From Klebsiella pneumoniae (lineage in GTDB: Bacteria > Myxococcota_A > UBA796 > SXON01), in assembly GCA_945862325.1 (NCBI GenBank), contig CAMAXZ010000018.1, positions 15,131-79,130 of the forward strand: a stretch of DNA of 64,000 nt, read 5' to 3'. The position numbers and the translations under genes are program-made. The notes below the pieces were generated by a model. That model had not been told where the DNA came from. It ran no database searches and saw nothing but the letters and a program-made list of their open reading frames with translations. Below, in pieces: positions 26,807-35,900 of this stretch; positions within the stretch are counted from its first letter, which is position 1, and each line of letters starts with the position of its first letter.

Positions 26807-27334
26807 ATGCTGTTCACCGTACTCCTGTCCACGCTCGTCGCCTGTGGCGGCGAGTCCCACTCCGATGCAGAGCCGGCCGCGGCGCACACCCCCGCGGAGG
26901 CCCCGAAGCCCGCCACGCCGCCTCCGGCGCCCCCGGCCGCTCCTCCGGCCCCTCCCGCATCCGGCCCGTACACCCCTGACGACCTCTCCAAGGCGGCGTA
27001 CGACAAGGCCGCCGCCGCCGGCGCGGACGCCACCAAGGCGAACCCCAAGGCCGGCAACGCCGAAGCGATCGCCAAGGGCAAGGCCCACTACTCCGCGAAG
27101 TGCGTCGCCTGCCACGGCGCCGAGGGCCGCGGCGACGGCGTCGCCGGCGCCGCGCTCCCCCAGAAGCCGTCGAACTTCCACTGGAAGGAGCGCTGGGAGG
27201 CAACCTCCGTCGGCGTGAAGCACTGGGTCCTCAAGAACGGCATCCAGGGCTCCGCCATGGCCCCCCTCGGGCTCTCCGACGACGAAGCTTGGGAACTCCT
27301 GGCCTTCATCGAGGCCGAGTTCGTCGGCAAGTGA
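26807..27334 (+). CDS. Lipoprotein monoheme cytochrome c
   Basis: Lipobox LVAC, a Pro/Ala linker, heme motif CVACH, and a distal Met region (GIQGSAMAPLG). Confidence 0.8.
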   Translation: MLFTVLLSTLVACGGESHSDAEPAAAHTPAEAPKPATPPPAPPAAPPAPPASGPYTPDDLSKAAYDKAAAAGADATKANPKAGNAEAIAKGKAHYSAKCVACHGAEGRGDGVAGAALPQKPSNFHWKERWEATSVGVKHWVLKNGIQGSAMAPLGLSDDEAWELLAFIEAEFVGK

Positions 27335-27365
27335 GTCCTCTCCACGTGTGACCCGCGCGCGCGGG

Positions 27366-27401
27366 GCGATGGGCGCGGCGCTCCGCGCCCATCGCGCTTT
27401 T
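27366..27401 (+). terminator. Rho-independent terminator
   Basis: 13-bp perfect stem gcgatgggcgcgg-cgct-ccgcgcccatcgc followed by gcTTTT, 30 nt after the cytochrome c stop. Confidence 0.7.
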
Positions 27402-27546
27402 CCTCCGAAGGCCGCGAGACACCTCGACCTGTCGAGGTCCGTCCACGCGGACCGTGACGAACCGCGACGATTCGCTTGTGGCGCCTCGGGCCGAGCGTTA
27501 ACAGGTCGCCCTTCCCTGCCCACCGCCCCAGTTGGCCGGAGCCTCG

Positions 27547-28209
27547 ATGCGAACTCTTCCGGGCGCGATCCTCCTCCCCGCGCTGTTTGCGACCCTCGCG
27601 GTCGCGGGCATGAGCGCCTGCGCCACGCAGGCCGCGGGTGAACCGAGCGAGGACACGTTCTCGATCGGCAGCAAGAACCTGCTCCCACCGGAGCTCTTCG
27701 ACCGAAACCTCGTGGTGACGGTCGGTGAGCCCGAAGAAGAGCCGTACGAGCAGCCCATCGCGTTCCCGCACGACACCCACGTGCAGAAGCTCGGGATGGA
27801 CTGCCAATACTGCCACTCCAGCGCGCGCAAGGGCGTTCACGCCGGGGTGCCGCCGACGCAGCTGTGCATGGGCTGCCATTCGCTGGTGTCGTCCGAGGGG
27901 CGGCCGGAGCTCGACAAGCTGAAGGCCTTCTGGGCCGACGGTCAGGGGGAGCCGATCCCGTGGGTCAAGGTCCACGACCTCCCCGACTACGTACACTTCA
28001 ACCACAAGCCGCACGTGCGCGCCGGGGTGGAGTGCTCGGAGTGCCACGGCCAGGTCCAGGAGATGGGCGTCGCGCAGCGCGTCTCCTCCCTGAAGATGGG
28101 GTGGTGCCTCGACTGCCACGCGCAGCACGACACCATCGACACCAACTACGGCGACAAGGCAGAACTTCGGCGCGCGGAGCTGAAGGACTGCTACACGTGC
28201 CACAAGTAG
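27547..28209 (+). CDS. actA: Alternative Complex III subunit ActA (pentaheme cytochrome c)
   Basis: Five CxxCH motifs (CQYCH, CMGCH, CSECH, CLDCH, CYTCH). Signal/lipobox AGMSAC. ATG 27547 preceded by GGAG; the ORF extends to TTG 27532. Confidence 0.88.
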   Translation: MRTLPGAILLPALFATLAVAGMSACATQAAGEPSEDTFSIGSKNLLPPELFDRNLVVTVGEPEEEPYEQPIAFPHDTHVQKLGMDCQYCHSSARKGVHAGVPPTQLCMGCHSLVSSEGRPELDKLKAFWADGQGEPIPWVKVHDLPDYVHFNHKPHVRAGVECSECHGQVQEMGVAQRVSSLKMGWCLDCHAQHDTIDTNYGDKAELRRAELKDCYTCHK

Positions 28210-28225
28210 AGCGGAGCGCCCACAC

Positions 28226-31200
28226 ATGAGCAGCATGAACCGCCGGGATTTCATCCGGACCGCTGCGGTCGCGAGCGCCGCCGGTGCCACCGCGTGCGTC
28301 TACGACTGGAAAGCGCCGCAGGAGAACATCCTCCCCTACGTCACGCAGCCGGACAACGCGCTCGTCGGCGCGGCGGCGTACGTGTCCTCCGTGTGCGTCG
28401 GCTGCGCGTCCGCGTGCGGCCTCGTGGCGCGCGTGAAGGAAGGCCGCGTCGTCATGGTCGAAGGCAACGACCACCACCCCGACGGCGGTGGGCTCTGCAC
28501 GCGCGGCCACTTCGACATCCTCGCCACCTACAGCCCGGATCGCCTGTCGGCGCCCCACGCGGCCGGCACGCCGACCACGTGGGACGAGGCAATCAAGACC
28601 TTCACGGCCGCCGCCGCCGCCGCCCAACAGGCCGGAAAGCAGGTCGCGTGGCTCGGCAAGTACCGTACGGGCTCCCTCGCCGCGATCCTCGACGAGCTGA
28701 CCGCCACGGTCGGCCTCCGACGCGTCCACTGGGAGCCGCTGGGCGTCGAGACGCTCCTCGCCGCCTCGCGGGCCGTCTTCGGGCGTGACGCGCTGCCGCG
28801 GTTCGAGCTTGCCGGCGCCCGGACCATCGTGTCGTTCGGGTACGATTTCCTCGGCACCGCGCACGACGCGATGCACCTCACCAAGGGCTACGCCGCGGCG
28901 AAGGACCCCGCGTTGGGCGGCTTCGTCGCCCGCTTCGTGGCGATCGAGCCCCGCATCGGCCTCACCTCGAGCGAGGCGGACAACTTCCTTCCCCCGCGCC
29001 CCGGCACCGAGGCCCAGGTGGCGCTCGCGCTCGCCAAGCTCGTAGCGGACGCGAAGGGCTATGCCGGTCCGGCCGCCTCCCTGCTCGCTTCGGTCGATCC
29101 CGCGGCGCTCCTCCGCGACACCGACGTGTCGCTCGAGAAGCTCCGCGAGGTCGCGGGTTGGGTCGCGTCGGCGCCGTCCGTGGTCCTCCCGGGCGGCTTC
29201 CAGAACGCCGGCGTCGACGCCACCGCGCTCGCCATCGCCACCCTGCTCGTCAACGAAGCGGCCGGCAACGTCGGCGCTTCGGTCATCTTCGGGCAGGAGT
29301 CGCGCCTCGGCCAGGTGAACGCGTACGCCGACGTCAAGCAGCTCGTCGAAGACGCGCGCGCCGGCAAGATCGGCGTGCTGTTCATCGACGGCCTCAACCC
29401 GGTGTACAACCTCCCGCCGATCGACGACGTCGGGCCCGCGCTCGACGCGGTCGGCCTCGTCGTGCAGCTCGACAACGAGCCGAACGACAGCAGCCGCGCG
29501 AAGGTCATGCTCCTTCCGGTCGGCACCGGCCTCGAGAGCTGGGGTGACGCCGAAGTGGTCGCGGGCGTGCACGTGCTCCAGCAGCCCGCCATGAACCCGA
29601 TGGCCGACGTGCGCGGCGTGGGCGACCTCCTGCTCGCGCTGGGCACCGCGCTCGCTCCGAACACGCCGGCGTCCGCGCCCGTCGCGGTCGACGCCGCAGC
29701 GCCGCCCGAAGGCGGTGACCCGGCAGCGGCGGTCGCGGCCCCCGCGCCGACCCGCATCGGCTTCGCGGGGACCTTCCGCGACTACGTGCGTGCGCGGTGG
29801 GAGCGGGAGCTGTTCCCGCGCTCCGGCGCCGTCGACTCCCGCACCTTCTGGGAGCAGAGCCTCAGCCGCGGCGGGTTCTTCGCGCCCGCCACGCCCTCGG
29901 GCGCCGCGGTGTCCCTCTCGGCCCTTCCGGCCGCGAGCCCCGGCATCGCCGGGTCCGACCTCGCCCTCGTGGTCTACCCGCACCCGCACCTCGCCGACGG
30001 CCGCCACGCGAACCGCCCCTGGGCGCAAGAGCTCCCCGACTCGATCGCCACCTACGCGTGGACGACCTGGGCGGAGCTCAACCCCAAGACGGTCGAGCGT
30101 CTCGGCCTCGGCCCGAAGGACCTCGTCACGGTCCACACCACCAGCGGCGAGATCACCGTCGGGTACTTCGCTTCTCCGGGCGTTCGCGAAGACACGGTCG
30201 CGGTGTCGCTCGGAAATGGCCACGACCAGATGGGGCGGTTCGGCACCAAGCGCGGCGCCAACGCCATGAAGCTGCTCGCCGCGGGGACCGATACGGCCAG
30301 CGGGGCGTTCGCGCCGTACACGATGCGCGCGAGCGTCAAGCGTGTCGCCGGCACCTCTGACGCGCACGCCCTGGTCGGCCACATCGACCAGGACAACCGC
30401 GAGCTGGGCAACGTCGTCTCCGTCGACGAGGCGCTGAAGCACCTCGAGGGAGAGGCGGGCAGCATCGTCCACGTGCACACCATCCCGGTGGACGAGCGGC
30501 TCACGTCGAGCGGCATCGTGGACATGTACCCGGAGCCGCAGCACCCGACCTACCGCTTCGCGATGGCCATCGACACGAACACCTGCAACGGCTGCATGGC
30601 GTGTGTCATCGCGTGCAACCTCGAGAACAACATCCCGTTCGTGGGTCCGGACCAGGTGCGCAAGGGCCGCACGATGAGCTGGATCCGCATGAACCGGTAC
30701 TGGGAAGGCGAGGGCGAGCACCAGGATGTGCGCCACATGCCGTCCCTCTGCCAGCACTGCGCGCACGCGCCGTGCGAGGGCGTGTGCCCGGTCCTCGCGA
30801 CCTACCACAACCTCGACGGCCTGAACGCGATGATCTACAACCGTTGCGTCGGTACGCGCTACTGCGCGAACAACTGCCCGTACACGGCCCGCCGGTTCAA
30901 CTACCACACGTGGACGTGGCCGGAGTCGATGTACCTGATGCTCAACCCGGACGTCTCCGTCCGTGAGATGGGCGTCATGGAGAAGTGCACGTTCTGCGTG
31001 CAGCGCACGCGCGCCGTCAAGGACGCCTGGAAGGACGTCGATTTCGCGCAGCGCAACGGCGACGAGCCGGTGTCGGTGACCCCGGTGCCCGACGCGGCGC
31101 TCCGCAAGCTGACGGCCTGCGCGTCGGCCTGCCCGACCGACAGCATCACTTTCGGCAACGCGAAGGATGCGACGTCCGAGGTGGCGAAGCGAAACGCGAG

Positions 31201-31450
31201 CCCGCGCACGTACGCGATGCTGGCCGAGCTCAACACGAAGCCGGGCGTCCGCTACATGGCGCGCGTGCGCCACGATTGGGCCCCCGAAGGCCCCCACGGC
31301 GGCGGCCACGCCGCGAGCGCGGGAGGACACGGCTCGGCCACCGCCGACGCGCACGGCGAGGCTCACCCGAAGGATCACGCGCCGGCGGCCCACCCCGCCG
31401 ACGCGCACGGAACGAACGACGGTCACGGCGCCCCCGCGGCCGGCCACTAG
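28226..31450 (+). CDS. actB: Alternative Complex III subunit ActB (molybdopterin-oxidoreductase-like + 4Fe-4S fusion)
   Basis: Tat signal NRRDFIRTAAVASAAGA. Complex-iron-sulfur-molybdoenzyme-like N-half. Ferredoxin Cys clusters CNGCMACVIAC, CQHCAHAPCEGVCP, CVGTRYCANNCP and CTFC. Confidence 0.92.
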   Translation: MSSMNRRDFIRTAAVASAAGATACVYDWKAPQENILPYVTQPDNALVGAAAYVSSVCVGCASACGLVARVKEGRVVMVEGNDHHPDGGGLCTRGHFDILATYSPDRLSAPHAAGTPTTWDEAIKTFTAAAAAAQQAGKQVAWLGKYRTGSLAAILDELTATVGLRRVHWEPLGVETLLAASRAVFGRDALPRFELAGARTIVSFGYDFLGTAHDAMHLTKGYAAAKDPALGGFVARFVAIEPRIGLTSSEADNFLPPRPGTEAQVALALAKLVADAKGYAGPAASLLASVDPAALLRDTDVSLEKLREVAGWVASAPSVVLPGGFQNAGVDATALAIATLLVNEAAGNVGASVIFGQESRLGQVNAYADVKQLVEDARAGKIGVLFIDGLNPVYNLPPIDDVGPALDAVGLVVQLDNEPNDSSRAKVMLLPVGTGLESWGDAEVVAGVHVLQQPAMNPMADVRGVGDLLLALGTALAPNTPASAPVAVDAAAPPEGGDPAAAVAAPAPTRIGFAGTFRDYVRARWERELFPRSGAVDSRTFWEQSLSRGGFFAPATPSGAAVSLSALPAASPGIAGSDLALVVYPHPHLADGRHANRPWAQELPDSIATYAWTTWAELNPKTVERLGLGPKDLVTVHTTSGEITVGYFASPGVREDTVAVSLGNGHDQMGRFGTKRGANAMKLLAAGTDTASGAFAPYTMRASVKRVAGTSDAHALVGHIDQDNRELGNVVSVDEALKHLEGEAGSIVHVHTIPVDERLTSSGIVDMYPEPQHPTYRFAMAIDTNTCNGCMACVIACNLENNIPFVGPDQVRKGRTMSWIRMNRYWEGEGEHQDVRHMPSLCQHCAHAPCEGVCPVLATYHNLDGLNAMIYNRCVGTRYCANNCPYTARRFNYHTWTWPESMYLMLNPDVSVREMGVMEKCTFCVQRTRAVKDAWKDVDFAQRNGDEPVSVTPVPDAALRKLTACASACPTDSITFGNAKDATSEVAKRNASPRTYAMLAELNTKPGVRYMARVRHDWAPEGPHGGGHAASAGGHGSATADAHGEAHPKDHAPAAHPADAHGTNDGHGAPAAGH

Positions 31451-31460
31451 GGAGGCGTAG

Positions 31461-32789
31461 ATGAACCAGCCCACCTACCACGCGGTCAATCGGGACGTCC
31501 TGTCTCCGCTGTTCACCCCGAACGCGGCGTACCTCGGCGCGATCGTCCTCTCGCTCTCGGCGCTCGCCTGGGGCGGGTACTGCTGGGCCCTCCAGCTGAT
31601 CTACGGTCTCGGCGTCGCCGGCTACCACCCGCCGGTGTTCTGGGGCGTGTACATCACGACCTTCGTGTTCTGGGTCGGCATCGGCCACGCCGGGACGCTC
31701 ATCTCCGCCGTCCTGTTCCTGACGCGCAGCCGCTGGCGCACCGGCGTATACCGGGCCGCCGAGGCGATGACCATCTTCGCCGTCATGACCGCCGCGCTGT
31801 TCCCCGCGATCCACGTCGGTCGCGCCTGGTACGCCTACTGGCTGTTCCCGTACCCGAACCAGCGCCAGCTCTGGGTCAACTTCAAGTCCCCGCTCATGTG
31901 GGACGTGTTCGCGGTGTCGACGTACTTCACCGTGTCCACGGTCTTCTTCATCATCGGGTTGATCCCCGACATGGCGTCGGTCCGCGACTCCACGAAGGGC
32001 TACACCCGCCAGCTGTACGCGGTGCTCTGCCTCGGCTGGCGCGGGACGGACCGCCAGTGGCGCCACTACATGGCCGCGTACGGCTTCTTCGCCGCGCTCG
32101 CCACGCCCCTCGTGCTCTCCGTGCACTCGGTCGTCTCCTGGGACTTCGCGATGGCGCAGACCCCCGGGTGGCACAGCACGCTGTTCCCGCCGTACTTCGT
32201 CGCGGGCGCGATCTTCTCCGGCTGCGCGATGGTGATCACGCTCATGCTGCCGCTGTCGAAGATCTTCAAGCTCGAAGACTACATCCACGTGTGGCACTTC
32301 GAGCACCTCGCGAAGCTCTGCCTCTTCACGGGCGGCATCCTCACCTACGCCTACGGCACCGAGTACTTCATCGCCTGGTACTCGGACAACCGCTTCGAGT
32401 GGGGCGTGTTCGTGGACCGCGTGGTCGGCAACTACTGGTGGGTCTTCGCCACCATGGTGGTCTGCAACTGCCTCGCGCCGCTACCCTGGTACTGGAAGTC
32501 CGTCCGTACGAACTACCTCTGGCTCTTCGTGATCAGCATCCTGATCAACATCGGGATGTGGTTCGAGCGGTTCAACATCATCGCGAGCTCGCTGTCCCAC
32601 AGCTTCGACCCGGCGGGCTGGGTGTACTACACGCCCAACTACATCGAGTGGGGCATCATGCTCGGCTCGTTCGGCTGGTTCTTCCTCTGGTTCCTCCTCT
32701 TCGTGAAGATCATGCCCTCCGTGGCGATCGCCGAAGTCAAGGAGCAGATCCGCCCGCCCCTCAAGACCGACGAGCTGGCGGCCAAGTGA
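31461..32789 (+). CDS. actC: Alternative Complex III subunit ActC (NrfD/PsrC-like quinol-interacting membrane subunit)
   Basis: 442-aa polytopic membrane protein with NrfD-family patterns (WG.YI..F.FW.GI.H.G..ISA). Position follows actB. Confidence 0.88.
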   Translation: MNQPTYHAVNRDVLSPLFTPNAAYLGAIVLSLSALAWGGYCWALQLIYGLGVAGYHPPVFWGVYITTFVFWVGIGHAGTLISAVLFLTRSRWRTGVYRAAEAMTIFAVMTAALFPAIHVGRAWYAYWLFPYPNQRQLWVNFKSPLMWDVFAVSTYFTVSTVFFIIGLIPDMASVRDSTKGYTRQLYAVLCLGWRGTDRQWRHYMAAYGFFAALATPLVLSVHSVVSWDFAMAQTPGWHSTLFPPYFVAGAIFSGCAMVITLMLPLSKIFKLEDYIHVWHFEHLAKLCLFTGGILTYAYGTEYFIAWYSDNRFEWGVFVDRVVGNYWWVFATMVVCNCLAPLPWYWKSVRTNYLWLFVISILINIGMWFERFNIIASSLSHSFDPAGWVYYTPNYIEWGIMLGSFGWFFLWFLLFVKIMPSVAIAEVKEQIRPPLKTDELAAK

Positions 32790-32826
32790 CCTTCCTCCCC
32801 TCTCCCACTCCTGCGCGAGGTGACGC

Positions 32827-33408
32827 ATGAGCGTCGCAGTCCCCATGGAAGCCGCCGAGAAGGCCGAGCCGATCAAGGCGGTCTACCGTCATCTCGACTG
32901 CCTCGTCACCGGAATCGACGACCTGAAGAAGGCCGGGTTCCGGGACATGACCGTCATCACGCCGTTCCCGCGGCACGAGGTCGAGGACATGCTGTACGAG
33001 GGCGAGCCGAGCCCGGTGCGGTGGTTCACGCTCCTCGGCGGGCTGTTCGGCGGCACGATGGCCTTCACGATGACCGCGTTGATGAGCGCGAACTGGCCGA
33101 TGATCCTCCCGGGCGGCAAGCCCGTCGTGTCGATCCCGCCGTTCATCGTCATCACGTTCGAGGGGACCATCCTCTGGGCGTCGCTCTTCACCTTCGTCGG
33201 CATGTGCCTGCTCGCGCGGCTGCCGGCGCAGGGCCTGCCCAAGGAGGTCGAGGACGACCGGTTCTCCGACGACCACTTCGGCATCATCCTCAAGCGCGTC
33301 GGCGCCCACGACGCGGCACGAATCAAGTCCATCCTCGTGAAGTCCGGCGCCGTCGAGGTCACCGGAGGCGGGGACGCCCACCACGCGGAGGACCGTCACC
33401 ATGCGTGA
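32827..33408 (+). CDS. actD: Alternative Complex III subunit ActD (DUF3341-type)
   Basis: 193 aa with two TM helices. Position and size fit the canonical act operon. Overlaps actE by 8 nt. Confidence 0.8.
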   Translation: MSVAVPMEAAEKAEPIKAVYRHLDCLVTGIDDLKKAGFRDMTVITPFPRHEVEDMLYEGEPSPVRWFTLLGGLFGGTMAFTMTALMSANWPMILPGGKPVVSIPPFIVITFEGTILWASLFTFVGMCLLARLPAQGLPKEVEDDRFSDDHFGIILKRVGAHDAARIKSILVKSGAVEVTGGGDAHHAEDRHHA

Positions 33409-34057
33409 AGCGCTGTACCGCAACCGTCATCGTCTCGCCGTCGGCGCGGCCCTGCTCGTGAGCGGGCTCGCTTGGGCGTCGCCGTGGGACATCGACATGG
33501 TGAACGGCGGATCGTTCAAGGGCTACGAGTGGAAGATGAAGCCGTTCCTGCCGGCCGGGACGGTGTCACGGAACGACGTGGCCTCCGCGCCCCGCTCCGT
33601 CGGCGTGGGCGGGCTCCAGACCGATTGGGTCACGGAGTTCGATCGCAACACCGAAGGCGACCGCCTCCAGAACCCGTACGGCGCGGCCGACGCGCACACC
33701 CTGGCCAAGGGCAAGCGCCTGTTTCAGGTGAGCTGCGCCCCCTGCCACGGCGTCGACGGCACCGGCGGCGGCCCCGTCACCCAGAACGACCCGGCGAAGG
33801 GCCTGAACCGGTTCCCGATCCCCGCTCCGATGCTCTCGGGCGAGGGCGCGGTGACCGGGATGCGCTCCGACGGCTACATCTACCTGACCATCCGCGACGG
33901 CGGCGCCGGGCTCGGCGCCGGCATGCCTCCGTACGCCACCTCCCTCACCGATCGTGAGCGATGGGCCATCGTGTCCTACATGCGCACGCTGGAGGGCGGC
34001 GCTCCGCCCCCGCCTCCCGCCCCGGTGGAAACGACCGTCCCTGGCCAGGAGGGCTGA
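33401..34057 (+). CDS. actE: Alternative Complex III subunit ActE (monoheme cytochrome c)
   Basis: Single CAPCH heme motif and a GMPPY Met-ligand region. Operon position fits. Confidence 0.85.
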   Translation: MREALYRNRHRLAVGAALLVSGLAWASPWDIDMVNGGSFKGYEWKMKPFLPAGTVSRNDVASAPRSVGVGGLQTDWVTEFDRNTEGDRLQNPYGAADAHTLAKGKRLFQVSCAPCHGVDGTGGGPVTQNDPAKGLNRFPIPAPMLSGEGAVTGMRSDGYIYLTIRDGGAGLGAGMPPYATSLTDRERWAIVSYMRTLEGGAPPPPPAPVETTVPGQEG

Positions 34058-34060
34058 CCC

Positions 34061-35440
34061 ATGACCGACCTCATCGCCCTCGCCCGCACCGTGGTCGGCG
34101 CCGGCCCCGACGTCGCCACCCCGATGAACCGTACGCCGCGCTCGGTGCCGGCGGCGTGGAACACGGCGGGCCTCGTGGGCATCGGCGTGGGCGTGCTGTC
34201 GCTCGCGGGCGGCCTCGCCACGCAGACCGACCGCACGCTCGGCGTGTTGCTCACGTGCATCGTCTACTTCTTCGGTGTCGCGCTCGGTGGCGTGCTGTTC
34301 TCGGTCGTCCAGACCGTGGTGTTGGCGCGCTGGGGCCGGCCGTTCAAGCGCATCGCCGAGTCCTTCTCGGCGTTCCTCCCCGTCCTCTACGTGCTCTGGG
34401 CGCTCTTCCTCCTCGGGGGCGGCACGCGGATCTACGAGTGGACGCACGAGCCGATGCACGGGCACAAGGCGATCTGGCTCGCCCCGGGCTTCTTCATCGC
34501 CCGACAGCTCGTCCTCATGGGCTTCCTGTCGCTCCTCGGCGTGTTGTTCGTCCGCAACAGCCTCCGCCCGGACATGGGCGTGACGGCTGAGGCCATCGGC
34601 GCGCACAAGGCGCCGGCGTGGTGGGGGCAGATCACGCAGGGGTGGAAGGGTCGCGCTGCCGAGGTCGAGGCCGCCTACCGGCGCAACATCGCGCTGGGGC
34701 CGATCTACATCCTCGCTTACGCGGTCATCTTCACCCTGTTCGCCGTCGATGCGGTCATGTCGCTCGCGCCGCACTGGTACGCGAACATGTTCCCGGCGTG
34801 GATCTTCGTGTCGAGCTTCTGGCTCGCCATCAACTGGATCTGCATCGTGTCCGTGATGTCGAAGAAGTGGCTCGACATCGAACACCTGCTGCAGCCGAAG
34901 AACTACCACGACCTGGGCAAGATGATGTTCGCCCTGAGCATCTTCTGGACGTACACCTTCTATGCCCAGCTGCTCGCGATCTGGTACGGCAACATGCCCG
35001 AGGAGACCGGCTACCTCCTCCTCCGCCTGTACACCGACACCTGGAGCCCGCTCGCCAAGGTCGTGTTCGCGATGAACTTCGTCATCCCGTTCACGGTCCT
35101 GCTGTCCCGCGGCATCAAGAAGCTGCCGGAGAGCCTCGTGTGGGTCGCCATGATCATCGCGACGGGCGTGTTCCTCGAGCGCTTCCTGCTCGTCATGCCG
35201 CAGGTCTGGCGTGAAGACAGCCTGCCGATCGGCCCCGTCGAGATCGGCGTATTCATCGGCTTCATCTCGGCCTTCCTGACCATCGTGCTCAACTTCCTCG
35301 CGCGGGTCCCCCCCGTGCCGGTGTCCGACCCGTTCATGCACGAGAACCCCTCCGACGTACACGTGCACTCCCTGCACGCGCACGACGACCACGGGGCGGC
35401 GCACGCGCACGGCGGCCACGGGCACGGCGGGCACCACTGA
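34061..35440 (+). CDS. actF: Alternative Complex III subunit ActF (second NrfD-like membrane subunit)
   Basis: 459-aa polytopic membrane protein, paralogous in pattern to ActC, with a His-rich C-terminal tail. Confidence 0.85.
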   Translation: MTDLIALARTVVGAGPDVATPMNRTPRSVPAAWNTAGLVGIGVGVLSLAGGLATQTDRTLGVLLTCIVYFFGVALGGVLFSVVQTVVLARWGRPFKRIAESFSAFLPVLYVLWALFLLGGGTRIYEWTHEPMHGHKAIWLAPGFFIARQLVLMGFLSLLGVLFVRNSLRPDMGVTAEAIGAHKAPAWWGQITQGWKGRAAEVEAAYRRNIALGPIYILAYAVIFTLFAVDAVMSLAPHWYANMFPAWIFVSSFWLAINWICIVSVMSKKWLDIEHLLQPKNYHDLGKMMFALSIFWTYTFYAQLLAIWYGNMPEETGYLLLRLYTDTWSPLAKVVFAMNFVIPFTVLLSRGIKKLPESLVWVAMIIATGVFLERFLLVMPQVWREDSLPIGPVEIGVFIGFISAFLTIVLNFLARVPPVPVSDPFMHENPSDVHVHSLHAHDDHGAAHAHGGHGHGGHH

Positions 35441-35441
35441 G

Positions 35442-35891
35442 ATGACGCGCGACACGGTCCTGGCGCTGTGCGGACCGGTGCTCGATCGACTGCGCACCCT
35501 GGACGCCGCGGCCCCGCACGCCGCGGCGTTCGCGTTGCAGGAGCTCGATCTGGGCCCGCTCGAGTCGGCCCTGCGCGCGTGGCACGCGACCGGCGAGGCC
35601 ACACCGAAGGAACAAGACGGGGTGCGCTTCGGGCGCCTCGCGAAGACCACCGACCAGGGCTTCTCGATCGACGTCGTGGACATGGCGGGCCCCGCGACGG
35701 GCGCCCACACCCACACGCGCGGCGAGTTCGACCTGTGCTTCACGCTCGAAGGCGCGCCGCGGTTCGACGGGCGCGCGCCAGGGTGGGTCGTGTACCCGCC
35801 GGGCAGCCGTCACATGCCGACGGTGACCGGCGGGCGCATGTTGATCCTCTACTTCCTCCCCGGCGGCGCGATCGTCTTCGATCCTGCATAA
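35442..35891 (+). CDS. Cupin-fold protein co-transcribed with ACIII
   Basis: Starts 1 nt after the actF stop. Cupin motif 1 is GPATGAHTHTRGEFDLCF; motif 2 is like GWVVYPPGSRHMP. Confidence 0.6.
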   Translation: MTRDTVLALCGPVLDRLRTLDAAAPHAAAFALQELDLGPLESALRAWHATGEATPKEQDGVRFGRLAKTTDQGFSIDVVDMAGPATGAHTHTRGEFDLCFTLEGAPRFDGRAPGWVVYPPGSRHMPTVTGGRMLILYFLPGGAIVFDPA

Positions 35892-35900
35892 GGATCCGCC

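Noticed and set aside
27998-31474. 1158-aa ORF antisense to actB, and the 858-aa ORF at 55155-57731 antisense to lon.
   Set aside because: The opposite strands encode unmistakable ActB and Lon. The antisense translations have no motifs and are biased toward Arg/Gly/His/Asp.
35442-35891. Calling the gene after actF 'actG'.
   Set aside because: The product is a soluble cupin with HxH...E motifs and no TM helix, unlike the small membrane subunit ActG.
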